DNA of 32,000 bases from Bacteroidales bacterium (GTDB taxonomy: Bacteria; Bacteroidota; Bacteroidia; Bacteroidales; UBA3663), in the NCBI GenBank assembly GCA_017548545.1, contig JAFYZW010000026.1:3440-35439 (forward strand), given 5' to 3'. Shown here in pieces: positions 1-8,930 of this stretch. A program made the position numbers and the translations under genes. Within the stretch, counting starts at the first letter, position 1; every line of letters begins with the position of its first letter. The notes beneath the pieces were generated by a model. That model saw only the letters and a program-made list of their open reading frames with translations, was not told the origin of the DNA and did not search any database.

Positions 1-91
1 TCACCAGAATTGCCGAACAGTCGGCATCCAAAGGAAGCTGACCGTAACCGGATGCCTCCAGACGAAAAGATGATTGGAGGATATTATCCAT
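1..91 (-). CDS. Partial CDS (5' end only, runs off the window); product unknown
   Basis: A minus-strand ATG at 91-89 opens a frame that stays open to position 1 ([30 protein letters not shown]...). Codon choice (CTG, GGT, GCC, GAC) resembles neighbouring genes. Too short to identify. Confidence 0.3.
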   Translation of the reverse strand, partial: MDNILQSSFRLEASGYGQLPLDADCSAILV

Positions 92-331
92 GCTCAATTT
101 GCCGTTTTACGAATCTATTGGTTAGTGTTAGATGCTACGCATATAATTCGGGTGGCAAAGATACTGTTTTTTCATGATATGGCCAAAAAAAAAGGACAAA
201 TTTCACTATTTCGCCTCGAAAGTTATCAACAAATGGGGCAGTTATCAACAATTTTCTCATTATTTAATAGAATTAATTGGCCATTGACAAAAAAAGTCTC
301 ATCTTTGCAGCGTGAAACTAGAATTATTTAT

Positions 332-1111
332 ATGGGATTAGTTATAGCAATAGCCAACCAAAAGGGCGGTGTAGGCAAGACTACCACCGCGATTAATCTG
401 GCTGCCTCTCTGGCCACCCTCGATAAGAAAGTGCTTCTCATAGATGCCGATCCACAGGCCAACGCAACCAGTGGCCTCGGCATTGACCATACAAAAGTCG
501 ATACTACCGTCTATGACTGCCTTATCGGCAGCGCCACGGCGACAGAGGCCATCATTCCGACATGCGTCGATAGGCTGGACGTCATCTCAAGCCGAATTGA
601 TTTGGTAGGAGCCGAATTGGAGCTTCTTAATCTTGAGAACCGCGAACAGATGCTTCGCAAACAACTGCGTTCGATCCGCAATCTTTACGACTATATTCTG
701 ATTGACTGTTCTCCTTCACTCGGACTGATAACCGTCAACTGTCTCACGGCCGCCGACTCCGTCATCATCCCCGTGCAGGCAGAATACTTCGCTCTAGAGG
801 GGATTTCCAAGTTGCTCAACACGATCAAGATTATCAAGAACAAGCTCAATCCGAAACTGCAGATTGAAGGTTTCCTTCTCACGATGTACGATGCACGACT
901 GCGTCTGGCCAACCAAATTTACGAAGAGGTGAAACGCCACTTCCAGAACCTGGTCTTCGACACGGTCATCCAACGTAACATCCGACTGAGCGAAGCTCCA
1001 AGTTTCGGACTACCCGCACTCTTATACTCTCCCGATTCAAAAGGCTCGCAAAATTACATGTCACTAGCCCGAGAATTGCTGGCAAAGCACCACGACACTA
1101 TTAAAAATTAA
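332..1111 (+). CDS. parA: ParA/Soj family chromosome-partitioning ATPase
   Basis: Deviant Walker A motif in [20 protein letters not shown], plus DADPQANAT and ParA-like LIDCSPSLG motifs. I chose the ATG at 332 ([13 protein letters not shown]...) because the 74-331 extension is AT-rich and not protein-like. Confidence 0.93.
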   Translation: MGLVIAIANQKGGVGKTTTAINLAASLATLDKKVLLIDADPQANATSGLGIDHTKVDTTVYDCLIGSATATEAIIPTCVDRLDVISSRIDLVGAELELLNLENREQMLRKQLRSIRNLYDYILIDCSPSLGLITVNCLTAADSVIIPVQAEYFALEGISKLLNTIKIIKNKLNPKLQIEGFLLTMYDARLRLANQIYEEVKRHFQNLVFDTVIQRNIRLSEAPSFGLPALLYSPDSKGSQNYMSLARELLAKHHDTIKN

Positions 1112-1116
1112 TAAAT

Positions 1117-1150
1117 AACGCGGGTGATATTTGGATATCTCCGCGTTTTA
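1117..1150 (+). terminator. Terminator/attenuator-like hairpin between parA and parB
   Basis: AACGCGG (1117-1123) pairs with CCGCGTT (1141-1147), with inner GATAT/ATATC pairing. It is followed by TTTTAT, 6 nt after the parA stop. Confidence 0.4.
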
Positions 1151-1161
1151 TCATATCTTTG
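1130..1161 (+). promoter_or_regulatory. Bacteroidetes-type promoter for parB (-33 TTTG, -7 TATCTTTG)
   Basis: TTTG at 1130-1133, a 20-nt spacer, then TATCTTTG at 1154-1161. The box ends 4 nt before the parB ATG at 1166. Confidence 0.5.
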
Positions 1162-1165
1162 CAAC

Positions 1166-2080
1166 ATGAAACCTATCAAGACCGGCCTGGGTCGAGGCCT
1201 TGGCGCCCTCATCCCTATGGATGATACCAGCAGCTCAATGGCCCCCCAGAATGCCCCATCCTCGATCAACGAGATCGACCTTGAACTCATTCACGCCAAC
1301 CCGTCACAACCACGTCGCGAGTTCGACGAACAGGCGCTCGAAGAACTGGCAAATTCTATTCGAAGCGTCGGCATCATACAGCCTATCACCCTTCGTCAAG
1401 AGGAAGATGGCACTTATCTGATCATCGCTGGTGAACGTCGCTATCGTGCGGCACAGCGAGCAGGCCTTCTCAGCATCCCCGCATATATCCGCAAGGTCAA
1501 CGACGATGCCGTGATGGAAATGACCCTCATCGAGAACATCCAACGCGAGGATCTGAACGCCATCGAAGTAGCCTTGGCTTACCAACAGCTGTTGACTCGC
1601 AACCAACTGACACAAGAGGAACTCTCACAACATGTAGGTAAAAGCAGAGCCACAGTGGCCAACTTCATGCGTCTCCTACGCCTCCCCGCTGAGATTCAGC
1701 TGGCGCTCAAGGACCGTCGCATCTCTATGGGCCACGCTCGTGCTCTGCTCAGCCTTGAGGATGCCGAACAACAGGTTGCCCTCTACCATCAGATTGTGGC
1801 CCAAGACCTCTCGGTACGTCGTGTAGAAAATCTGGTACGCGAATTTGTTGAAGGCCGCATCCTCGACTTCCGCACAGAAGGTCTGACCAGCAAGAAGGCC
1901 GCCAATGGCAAACAAGAGTCTGACGAACTCTTTAGTCAAATGACCCAACACCTCTCTGAGATGTTCAGCACAAAGGTCAGGATGTCATGCAATGAGAAGG
2001 GACAAGGGAAGATTACGATCCCCTTCAGGAACGATGAAGAATTGCGTAACATCATCGCCCTGCTCGACAAACTTAATTAA
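1166..2080 (+). CDS. parB: ParB/Spo0J chromosome-partitioning protein
   Basis: N-terminal GLGRGLGALI, the ParB box GERRYRAA, an HTH segment (LTQEELSQHVGKSRATVANFMRLL) and HARALL. Start taken at the ATG at 1166 (MKPIKTGLGRGL). Confidence 0.93.
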   Translation: MKPIKTGLGRGLGALIPMDDTSSSMAPQNAPSSINEIDLELIHANPSQPRREFDEQALEELANSIRSVGIIQPITLRQEEDGTYLIIAGERRYRAAQRAGLLSIPAYIRKVNDDAVMEMTLIENIQREDLNAIEVALAYQQLLTRNQLTQEELSQHVGKSRATVANFMRLLRLPAEIQLALKDRRISMGHARALLSLEDAEQQVALYHQIVAQDLSVRRVENLVREFVEGRILDFRTEGLTSKKAANGKQESDELFSQMTQHLSEMFSTKVRMSCNEKGQGKITIPFRNDEELRNIIALLDKLN

Positions 2081-2841
2081 TGACAATTCCCACAAAGAAT
2101 CATATTCAACACATACTGATGCTGCTCCTCGTCGGAGTCCTGTCGGTTTGCAGTCTGTCCGCTCAGATTGCAGTCGATTCCATACGGTCTGCCAAGACCG
2201 ACAGGCTCATGGATTCTTTCGAAGGTGTATCATTTGAAGACGCGTTGCCTCAGTATGCCGAAGCCGACACCCTGCAGCCTTTCAACGAGGATTCAATAGC
2301 CGCTCTCCATGCTCGATTGATTCTCGACGAACAAGCAGAATACGAGTATGTCGATTCCTACTTCCTGCGGTTCAATCCTAGTCCACAGAAAGCTGTTTGG
2401 ATGGCTGTACTCTTCCCAGGTGGCGGACAAATATATAATCGCAAATACTGGAAGCTCCCGATCATCTACGGCGGATTCCTTGGTCTGGTTTATGGTTACA
2501 ACTGGAACCAACGCTACTTCAAGACCTATCAGAATGCCTATCGCGACCTGATGAACGGAAGCGCGAATGCCAGTTATCTGCAATTCTTGCCCGGCAAGAC
2601 CGAGGAACTGAAGAAACAATATGCAAAGAACCATTACTCCTACCTGCAAACCACTTTCCAGCGAAAGAGGAACACCTATCGCAACTGGCGCGACTACTGC
2701 GTAGTGGGCATGTTGGGCGTTTATCTGGTTGGAATTGTCGATGCATATGTTGACGCAGCTCTTTACCACTTTGACGTTTCACCTGAGCTCGATGCCATGA
2801 ACAATCCCGTCATGGTAGTGAGCTACAAAATAGATTTCTAA
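2080..2841 (+). CDS. DUF5683-like membrane protein (function unknown)
   Basis: Signal or anchor peptide, then LFPGGGQIYNRKYWKLPIIYGGF and a second hydrophobic segment. From memory this resembles the DUF5683 proteins that follow parB in Bacteroidales. Its ATG overlaps the parB TAA (TAATG). Confidence 0.75.
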   Translation: MTIPTKNHIQHILMLLLVGVLSVCSLSAQIAVDSIRSAKTDRLMDSFEGVSFEDALPQYAEADTLQPFNEDSIAALHARLILDEQAEYEYVDSYFLRFNPSPQKAVWMAVLFPGGGQIYNRKYWKLPIIYGGFLGLVYGYNWNQRYFKTYQNAYRDLMNGSANASYLQFLPGKTEELKKQYAKNHYSYLQTTFQRKRNTYRNWRDYCVVGMLGVYLVGIVDAYVDAALYHFDVSPELDAMNNPVMVVSYKIDF

Positions 2842-4190
2842 TGAAAAAGATGAAGAAGAGACTACATTTTCTGACTCTTGCCTTGCCCATGTTGGCAGGC
2901 GCTCCACTTTTCGCGCAAGAACACGAAATGACTATCGACGAAAAGCTGGAGTCTGCCGCCTATCGTGCCATGGTGGAAGCCCAGGATTCTTCGCTATACA
3001 TACTCGAAAGTCTCGAAGAGAATGATGAATCCGATTATACCTGGACCGAGCGCCAGTTTATCCATATTGACCCCAACTGTGTAAGGGTGCTCGAACAAGA
3101 GCCCGTGCCCGATTCGATCTACATCATGAGGCTGCGTGCATTACCTACCATCATTGAAATGCCATTCAACCAACCCGTCAAGAAGGCAATCGACTTTTAC
3201 CTCATGCGCCGTCGATCTCTTGTTGAACGTATGGTAAGCGTTGGATTCAACTACTACTTCCCTATCTTCGAAGATGCACTCCAAAAATACGAGCTGCCGT
3301 CCGAACTCAAATATCTGGCATGTATCGAATCCGCATTGCGACAGAATGCGTATAGTCCTGCCCGAGCAGCCGGTCTGTGGCAATTCGTCCCTGCCACTGG
3401 TATCATGCAAGGTCTGGAGGTCAACAGCTATATCGACGAACGCTACGACCTATACAAATCGACCGAAGCCGCCTGCCGATTCCTCAAAAAACTCTACAAC
3501 AAGTTCGACGACTGGCACCTGGCTATCGCTGCCTATAACTGTGGCCCTGGCAATATTGATAAAGCTATTGCTCGTTCGGGCGGACATCGTACCTTCTGGG
3601 AGATATACAATTATCTGCCACAAGAGACACGCGCATACGTTCCATTCTTCATCGCTGTCACTTATGTGATGACATACCATTGCGAACATGGACTTTGCGG
3701 CTCGGTGACCGATATCCCTGTCGAGTGTGACACAATCATGGTGAATCGCATGGTTCATTTTGAACAGATCGCTCATTGCCTAAAACTTCCCCTCGAAGAA
3801 ATCGAAAGCCTCAACCCTCAATATATCCGCGACATTGTCCCCGGTTCTCCCGAAAAACCACACAGCATCACATTGCCAGCCAACAAGGCAGTGGGGTTTC
3901 TTGAGCATCAGGACAGTATCTTTGCGTATAAGGCCGAGACCCTTCTACCGCGCAACGGGCGAATCACTGAAGTCTCAACACGAGGCCGTCAAAATGAATA
4001 TGTACGGCAAGGCGGTAATCAAGGGACGAAAGGATCTACGGCAGGTCGTGGCCGAATCTACACAGTGCGTAAAGGTGAATCATTGGGATCCATTGCCCGA
4101 AAAAATCATACAACAACCGCAAAATTGAGAAGTGTGAACAAGCTAAAATCTGACCGTATCCACCCAGGACAAAAATTACGTTTACCCTAA
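2841..4190 (+). CDS. Lytic murein transglycosylase (SLT/MltD-like) with a C-terminal LysM domain
   Basis: Signal peptide MKKMKKRLHFLTLALPMLAGAPLFAQ. SLT motifs IESALRQNAYSPARAAGLWQF and AYNCGPGN. C-terminal LysM domain YTVRKGESLGSIARKNHTTTAKLRSVNKL...GQKLRLP. Confidence 0.87.
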   Translation: MKKMKKRLHFLTLALPMLAGAPLFAQEHEMTIDEKLESAAYRAMVEAQDSSLYILESLEENDESDYTWTERQFIHIDPNCVRVLEQEPVPDSIYIMRLRALPTIIEMPFNQPVKKAIDFYLMRRRSLVERMVSVGFNYYFPIFEDALQKYELPSELKYLACIESALRQNAYSPARAAGLWQFVPATGIMQGLEVNSYIDERYDLYKSTEAACRFLKKLYNKFDDWHLAIAAYNCGPGNIDKAIARSGGHRTFWEIYNYLPQETRAYVPFFIAVTYVMTYHCEHGLCGSVTDIPVECDTIMVNRMVHFEQIAHCLKLPLEEIESLNPQYIRDIVPGSPEKPHSITLPANKAVGFLEHQDSIFAYKAETLLPRNGRITEVSTRGRQNEYVRQGGNQGTKGSTAGRGRIYTVRKGESLGSIARKNHTTTAKLRSVNKLKSDRIHPGQKLRLP

Positions 4191-4195
4191 TTTTG
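4188..4195 (+). promoter_or_regulatory. Candidate -7 box (TAATTTTG) for the RelA/SpoT gene
   Basis: Matches TAnnTTTG and lies 19 nt upstream of the ATG at 4215. No clean -33 TTTG was found, so this call is weak. Confidence 0.3.
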
Positions 4196-4214
4196 ACTCT
4201 TTCTTACTGTAACC

Positions 4215-6152
4215 ATGAACATCATAAACACAAGAAAAAGGACCCAAAAAGAAGACGAGCCACAAGCCACGCCCAAACCTATCACTCCAGACGAGGAAGT
4301 AATGATTCAGAAGGAATTTGAGGGTTTGCTCGAAGACTATAAACACACGCGCAATGGCGACAAGTCGGAACTGTTAAAGAGAGTTTTCGACTTCGCGAAG
4401 AATGCACACGGCTGTGACCGACGCCTTAATGGGGATCCCTATATCTGTCACCCTTTGGCTGTAGCCCGAATCGTGGCCCGCGAAATCGGTTTAGGTAGTA
4501 CCAGCATCTCAGCTGCATTGCTGCACGATGTGGTTAATTGCCAACGCAGCACCTTCGAAGATGTAGAGACAGAATTCGGTCCCTACATCGGCTCATTGGT
4601 ACGTGGTCTTACTCTGATTTCAGGCAAAAACTTCCGCTTCTTGAACGAAGAATCCGACGAGGACAACATGTCTTCGATCACAACCTCGGAGGAACAGGCA
4701 GAAAACTTCCGCAACCTTCTTCTTACCATCGCCGATGATGTACGTGTCATCCTGGTCAAGGTAGCCGATCGACTACACAACATGCGCACACTGGATGCGC
4801 TTTCAGAAGAGAAGCAGAGACGTGTCGCCACCGAAACGATGTCGCTCTACGCCCCCATCGCCGATCGCCTCGGACTTTACAACATCAAGAAGGAACTCGA
4901 GGACCTGGGCTTGAAATACAATCATCCCAAAGAATACCAGTTGCTCAAAAACCGCATGCAGGAAGCTGAAGAGAACTACAAGTTGCTCTTCACGACATTT
5001 GCTGCCCCGGTCAAATCACTGCTTGACGACCTTGGCCTGAAATACACCTTCACCTACCGCATCAAGACGATCTATTCCGTCTGGCGAAAGATGCAGAAGA
5101 AACACATCTCCTTCGACGAAATCTACGACCTGTACGCAGCCCGAATCGTCTTCACGCCCTCAAGTCCTGAGAACGAGAAGACCGACTGCTGGCGCATTTA
5201 CAATGTCTTGACCAGCATCTACAAGATACACCCCGACCGCATTCGTGACTGGATATCTCACCCCAAGGAATCGGGCTATCAGGCGCTGCAGGTAACCATC
5301 ATGGGACCCGACAACAATTGGATTGAGGTGCAGATTCGTTCGGAAAGGATGAACGAAAAAGCCGAAGAAGGCGATGCTGCCCACTGGAAATACAAGTCGG
5401 GAAAGATTTCGGACAATGATCTCGGCAAATGGATGAAGGACATCAAGGATATCCTCGATAATCCTGCGCCCAATGCCATGGACTTCCTTGCGCAGATCAA
5501 CCTAAACGTGCTGTCGAAGTCGATCTATGTTTTCACCACGAAAGGCGAACTGACCCAGTTGCCCAAGGAAGCCACGGCCCTCGACTTTGCCTTCACCATC
5601 CACACCGATATTGGCATCCATGCCGAAGCAGCGCGCATAGACCACGAACTGAAACCTCTCAACACCACACTTGAGAACGGCCAGCAAGTCGAGATTATCA
5701 CATCCGAAAAGGAGATGGTAACCAAGGAATGGTTCAACTGGGTAAGTACCACAAAAGCACGTGCCAAGATTCGTGGCTGGCTGAGGGCCAACAATAAGCT
5801 CGACCCAGCAACTCCCGATGAGACCAAGAAGAAGGGCATGTTCTCCAACCTCATTGGCATGGTCACCAAAACAAAGAAGAAGAAAGCCCAGCCACCCAAG
5901 GAAGAGTACGTTCCACGTTCCACCACCATCGAGCTCTCAGGCATCGACGCACAAGGTCTGCTCAACACTATCACCCACGTCATCGGCGAAGTTTGCTCCT
6001 GCAACATCGTCAATATCCATATTGAATGCAAGGACGGCCTATTCAAAGGTTATATCACATTCAACACGGGCGATACCAAAGTCGTGAATAAAATGTGTGC
6101 CGAACTCAAAAAAGTACACGGCATCGACAAGGCACACATCAAAAACAAATAA
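4215..6152 (+). CDS. RelA/SpoT-family bifunctional (p)ppGpp synthetase/hydrolase
   Basis: HD hydrolase motifs (CHPLAV...LLHDVV, DRLHNMRT). Synthetase motifs (YRIKTIYSVWRKM, GYQALQV, EVQIRSERMNEKAEEGDAAHWKYK). A TGS domain (IYVFTTKGELTQLPKEATALDFAF) and a C-terminal ACT-like domain. Confidence 0.92.
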   Translation: MNIINTRKRTQKEDEPQATPKPITPDEEVMIQKEFEGLLEDYKHTRNGDKSELLKRVFDFAKNAHGCDRRLNGDPYICHPLAVARIVAREIGLGSTSISAALLHDVVNCQRSTFEDVETEFGPYIGSLVRGLTLISGKNFRFLNEESDEDNMSSITTSEEQAENFRNLLLTIADDVRVILVKVADRLHNMRTLDALSEEKQRRVATETMSLYAPIADRLGLYNIKKELEDLGLKYNHPKEYQLLKNRMQEAEENYKLLFTTFAAPVKSLLDDLGLKYTFTYRIKTIYSVWRKMQKKHISFDEIYDLYAARIVFTPSSPENEKTDCWRIYNVLTSIYKIHPDRIRDWISHPKESGYQALQVTIMGPDNNWIEVQIRSERMNEKAEEGDAAHWKYKSGKISDNDLGKWMKDIKDILDNPAPNAMDFLAQINLNVLSKSIYVFTTKGELTQLPKEATALDFAFTIHTDIGIHAEAARIDHELKPLNTTLENGQQVEIITSEKEMVTKEWFNWVSTTKARAKIRGWLRANNKLDPATPDETKKKGMFSNLIGMVTKTKKKKAQPPKEEYVPRSTTIELSGIDAQGLLNTITHVIGEVCSCNIVNIHIECKDGLFKGYITFNTGDTKVVNKMCAELKKVHGIDKAHIKNK

Positions 6153-6161
6153 CATCCACCA

Positions 6162-6719
6162 ATGATCATTGCACAACAAAAGAGAAAAGAAAACATTGCC
6201 GAGTATCTGCTTTACATGTGGCAGGTCGAGGATCTCCTTCGGGCATGCGACCTGGACGAAGATCGTATCGACCAGCTTCTGGTAAGCCGTTTCAATGGAA
6301 TCGTGCCCGATGAACAGCTCCCCGCTATCCGGCAATGGTATCTCGAACTGCGCGATATGTTGCTCACCGAAGGCAAACGCCAAAGCGGTCACCTGCAGAT
6401 CAACGAGAATGTCGTTGCCGATATGACCGACTTGCATCTGCGCATGCTCAAAGAAGGACATGACGCCATCTATACCTCGTGCTTCTACTCCACTCTACCC
6501 TATATTGTGGAATTGCGCGGACGAGAAGGCGAAAAGAAACTTGGGGAACTCGACACCTGCTTCACAGCTCTCTACGGACTCATGATCCTCAACATGCAGA
6601 AACGCGAGATCAGCGAGCCTACCAAGGTTGCCATGCAACAGATCAGCAAATTCATCGCACTCCTTGCCGAAAAGTACAAGGTCTGGAAAAACGGCGACTT
6701 GAAATTTGAAAACGAGTAG
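6162..6719 (+). CDS. DUF4924-like protein (function unknown)
   Basis: The N-terminus KRKENIAEYLLYMWQVEDLLRA matches my memory of the DUF4924 family. It starts 9 nt after the RelA/SpoT stop. Confidence 0.7.
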   Translation: MIIAQQKRKENIAEYLLYMWQVEDLLRACDLDEDRIDQLLVSRFNGIVPDEQLPAIRQWYLELRDMLLTEGKRQSGHLQINENVVADMTDLHLRMLKEGHDAIYTSCFYSTLPYIVELRGREGEKKLGELDTCFTALYGLMILNMQKREISEPTKVAMQQISKFIALLAEKYKVWKNGDLKFENE

Positions 6720-6762
6720 CGGTAACTCCTATTATTCCGATCACTCCTATTCCTTCTATACA

Positions 6763-8814
6763 ATGAAAACAATCACACCACTACTCCTCCTAGGAGCCCT
6801 TTTCTGTGGCGCAGCCACTGCACAAACTACACATACATTCAACATCCAGACAGCCAAGCCTGGTGCAGTAATTCAACCTACAATGTACGGCATCTTCTTC
6901 GAAGACATCAACTTCGGAGCTGATGGCGGTCTATATGCCGAGATGGTCAAGAACCGCTCGTTCGAATTTGACAACCCGTGGATGGGATGGAACACGACAG
7001 GCAATGTCGAGATTATGGAAGATGGTCCCTTTGAGCGCAACCCGCATTATGCACGCCTCCACTTCTCGGGCCATCGTGTCAAGCACACTGCCATCGAGAA
7101 CACCGGTTTCTTCGGAATATCGGTCAAGAAAGGCGAGACCTATAAGTTCTCGGTCTATGCCCGCGTACCCGAGGGACAGGGCAATCAGGCTTATTTCGAA
7201 GTGCAACTCTGCGACAAGGCGCTCGATATCAATCAGCACAAGCTTGCCTCGGCCAAAATTACTGTCGAAGGCAATGAATGGGCGAAATATGAAGCCGATC
7301 TCACTCCTTTTGCCACCTGTGAGGATGGCGTGCTCCGCATCTTCCTTCGCAACAGCAAATTCAGAAAGCCACAGGATGCCGTTGATGGCCCGAGTCTCGA
7401 TCTCGAACATGTGAGCCTCTTCCCCGCCAAGACATGGAAGGATCGTCCAGACGGCATGCGTCAGGATCTTGCTCAAGCTCTTTATGACCTACATCCCGGT
7501 ATCTTCCGTTTTCCCGGCGGCTGTATCGTCGAGGGTACAGACCTCGCCGACCGCTATCAGTGGAAGAACACTGTAGGGCCTGTCGAGAATCGCCCATTGA
7601 ACCTCAACCGTTGGCAGTTTGAGTTCGACTATCGCTTCTATCCCGATTACTATCAGTCCTACGGTCTTGGCTTCTTCGAGTATTTCCAGCTCAGTGAGGA
7701 TTTCGGTGCCGAACCTCTCCCCGTACTCAACTGCGGCATGACCTGCCAGTACGAGAACGACATTAAAGATGAAGCAAAATATCATGTAGCCGTTGAAGAT
7801 CTGGATCCATACATTCAGGACGCTGTCGATCTCGTTGAGTTTGCCAATGGTAATGTCACCACCACATGGGGCAAACTGCGTGCTGAGATGGGACACCCCG
7901 AGCCCTTCAACCTCAAGTTCCTCGCCATCGGCAACGAACAGTGGGATTACAAGGACAATCCCGCCTACACCAAGCGACTGGCACGATTCATCGAGGTGCT
8001 TCGCAAGAAGTGTCCCGAAATCAAGATCATCGGCACCACCGGCCCTAACTCCGAAGGTTGGGACTTCGACCTGTTGCAACCTCGCATGAAGCAGTTAGGC
8101 GTGGATCTCTACGACGAACACTTCTATCGCGATGAGGAGTGGTTCCTCACGCATGGTCTTCGATATGATAGCTACGACCGAAAGGGGCCAAAAGTCTTTG
8201 CAGGCGAATATGCTTGCCACGGAAAAGGCAAATATGCCGATGGCAAGGAGAAGAAATGCAACCACTTTGAGACTTCGCTCTACGAGGCAGCCTTCCTCAC
8301 GGGCATCGAGCGCAATGCCGATATTGTTCACATGGCCACCTACGCACCTCTCTTTGCCCATGTCAAAGGTTGGCAATGGCGTCCTGACCTCATTTGGTTC
8401 GACAACTACCGTTCGTTCCGTTCCATCAGCTACTACGTTCAGCAGCTCTACAGTCATTACAAAGGCACACGTGTCCTGCCGCTCACCATGGCAGACAAGC
8501 CCGTGGCAGGACAGGAAGGACAAGACGGACTCTTTGCAAGTGCCGTTGTCGATGAGACTGCTGGCTCAGTCATCGTCAAAGTGGCCAATGTTTCCGAATC
8601 TCCAGCTTCCATCCACCTCAATCTTCTCAACAAGAAAAAGGCTGCGAAGTTCGCATCCGCAGAAGTCATCACGCTTCACAGCGACAACCTCGATGCCGAG
8701 AATTCTCTCGATCACCCAGAAGCCGTTGTCCCTGTCAAAGCTGCTTTCGATGCTGCCTCGCGTGACATTACCATTGGAGCTAAGACCTTCCAGGTTTATA
8801 TCTTCAAGTATTGA
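6763..8814 (+). CDS. Secreted GH51-type alpha-L-arabinofuranosidase
   Basis: Signal peptide MKTITPLLLLGALFCGAATAQ. N-terminal YGIFFEDINFGADGGLYAEMVKNRSFEF, FRFPGGC, the catalytic-type LAIGNEQW and FAGEYA. Start taken at the ATG at 6763 rather than 6706, which would overlap the previous gene. Confidence 0.85.
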   Translation: MKTITPLLLLGALFCGAATAQTTHTFNIQTAKPGAVIQPTMYGIFFEDINFGADGGLYAEMVKNRSFEFDNPWMGWNTTGNVEIMEDGPFERNPHYARLHFSGHRVKHTAIENTGFFGISVKKGETYKFSVYARVPEGQGNQAYFEVQLCDKALDINQHKLASAKITVEGNEWAKYEADLTPFATCEDGVLRIFLRNSKFRKPQDAVDGPSLDLEHVSLFPAKTWKDRPDGMRQDLAQALYDLHPGIFRFPGGCIVEGTDLADRYQWKNTVGPVENRPLNLNRWQFEFDYRFYPDYYQSYGLGFFEYFQLSEDFGAEPLPVLNCGMTCQYENDIKDEAKYHVAVEDLDPYIQDAVDLVEFANGNVTTTWGKLRAEMGHPEPFNLKFLAIGNEQWDYKDNPAYTKRLARFIEVLRKKCPEIKIIGTTGPNSEGWDFDLLQPRMKQLGVDLYDEHFYRDEEWFLTHGLRYDSYDRKGPKVFAGEYACHGKGKYADGKEKKCNHFETSLYEAAFLTGIERNADIVHMATYAPLFAHVKGWQWRPDLIWFDNYRSFRSISYYVQQLYSHYKGTRVLPLTMADKPVAGQEGQDGLFASAVVDETAGSVIVKVANVSESPASIHLNLLNKKKAAKFASAEVITLHSDNLDAENSLDHPEAVVPVKAAFDAASRDITIGAKTFQVYIFKY

Positions 8815-8930
8815 TATTTATCCCGAATTAGCGAATTATTGAATTTATTTTCATTGGTGTCATGATTAAAAATCTCAAATTCGATAATTCGTGATAAAAA
8901 CAAAACTACAATTCGTGATAAAATAAGAAA

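Noticed and set aside
305-320. Possible parS site near parA (GCGTGAAACT resembles the right half of TGTTTCACGTGAAACA).
   Set aside because: Only the right half-site matches. The left half (CTTTGCAG) does not form the palindrome. I found no full 16-bp parS-like palindrome anywhere in the window by eye.
74-331. Upstream extensions of track ORFs: parA from 74, parB from 1124, GH51 from 6706, M23 from 10578, CHAP from 11005, and murI from the TTG at 24052.
   Set aside because: The extensions are AT-rich or overlap the upstream gene, and they add non-homologous residues ahead of conserved N-termini or signal peptides. For parB and murI the internal ATG sits exactly 4 nt after a -7 promoter box.
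7734-7743. CGGCATGACC inside the GH51 coding sequence matches the stem of the dispersed palindrome.
   Set aside because: It is only a 10-mer with no complementary arm nearby, and it lies in frame in conserved coding sequence (NCGMTCQ). Most likely coincidence.
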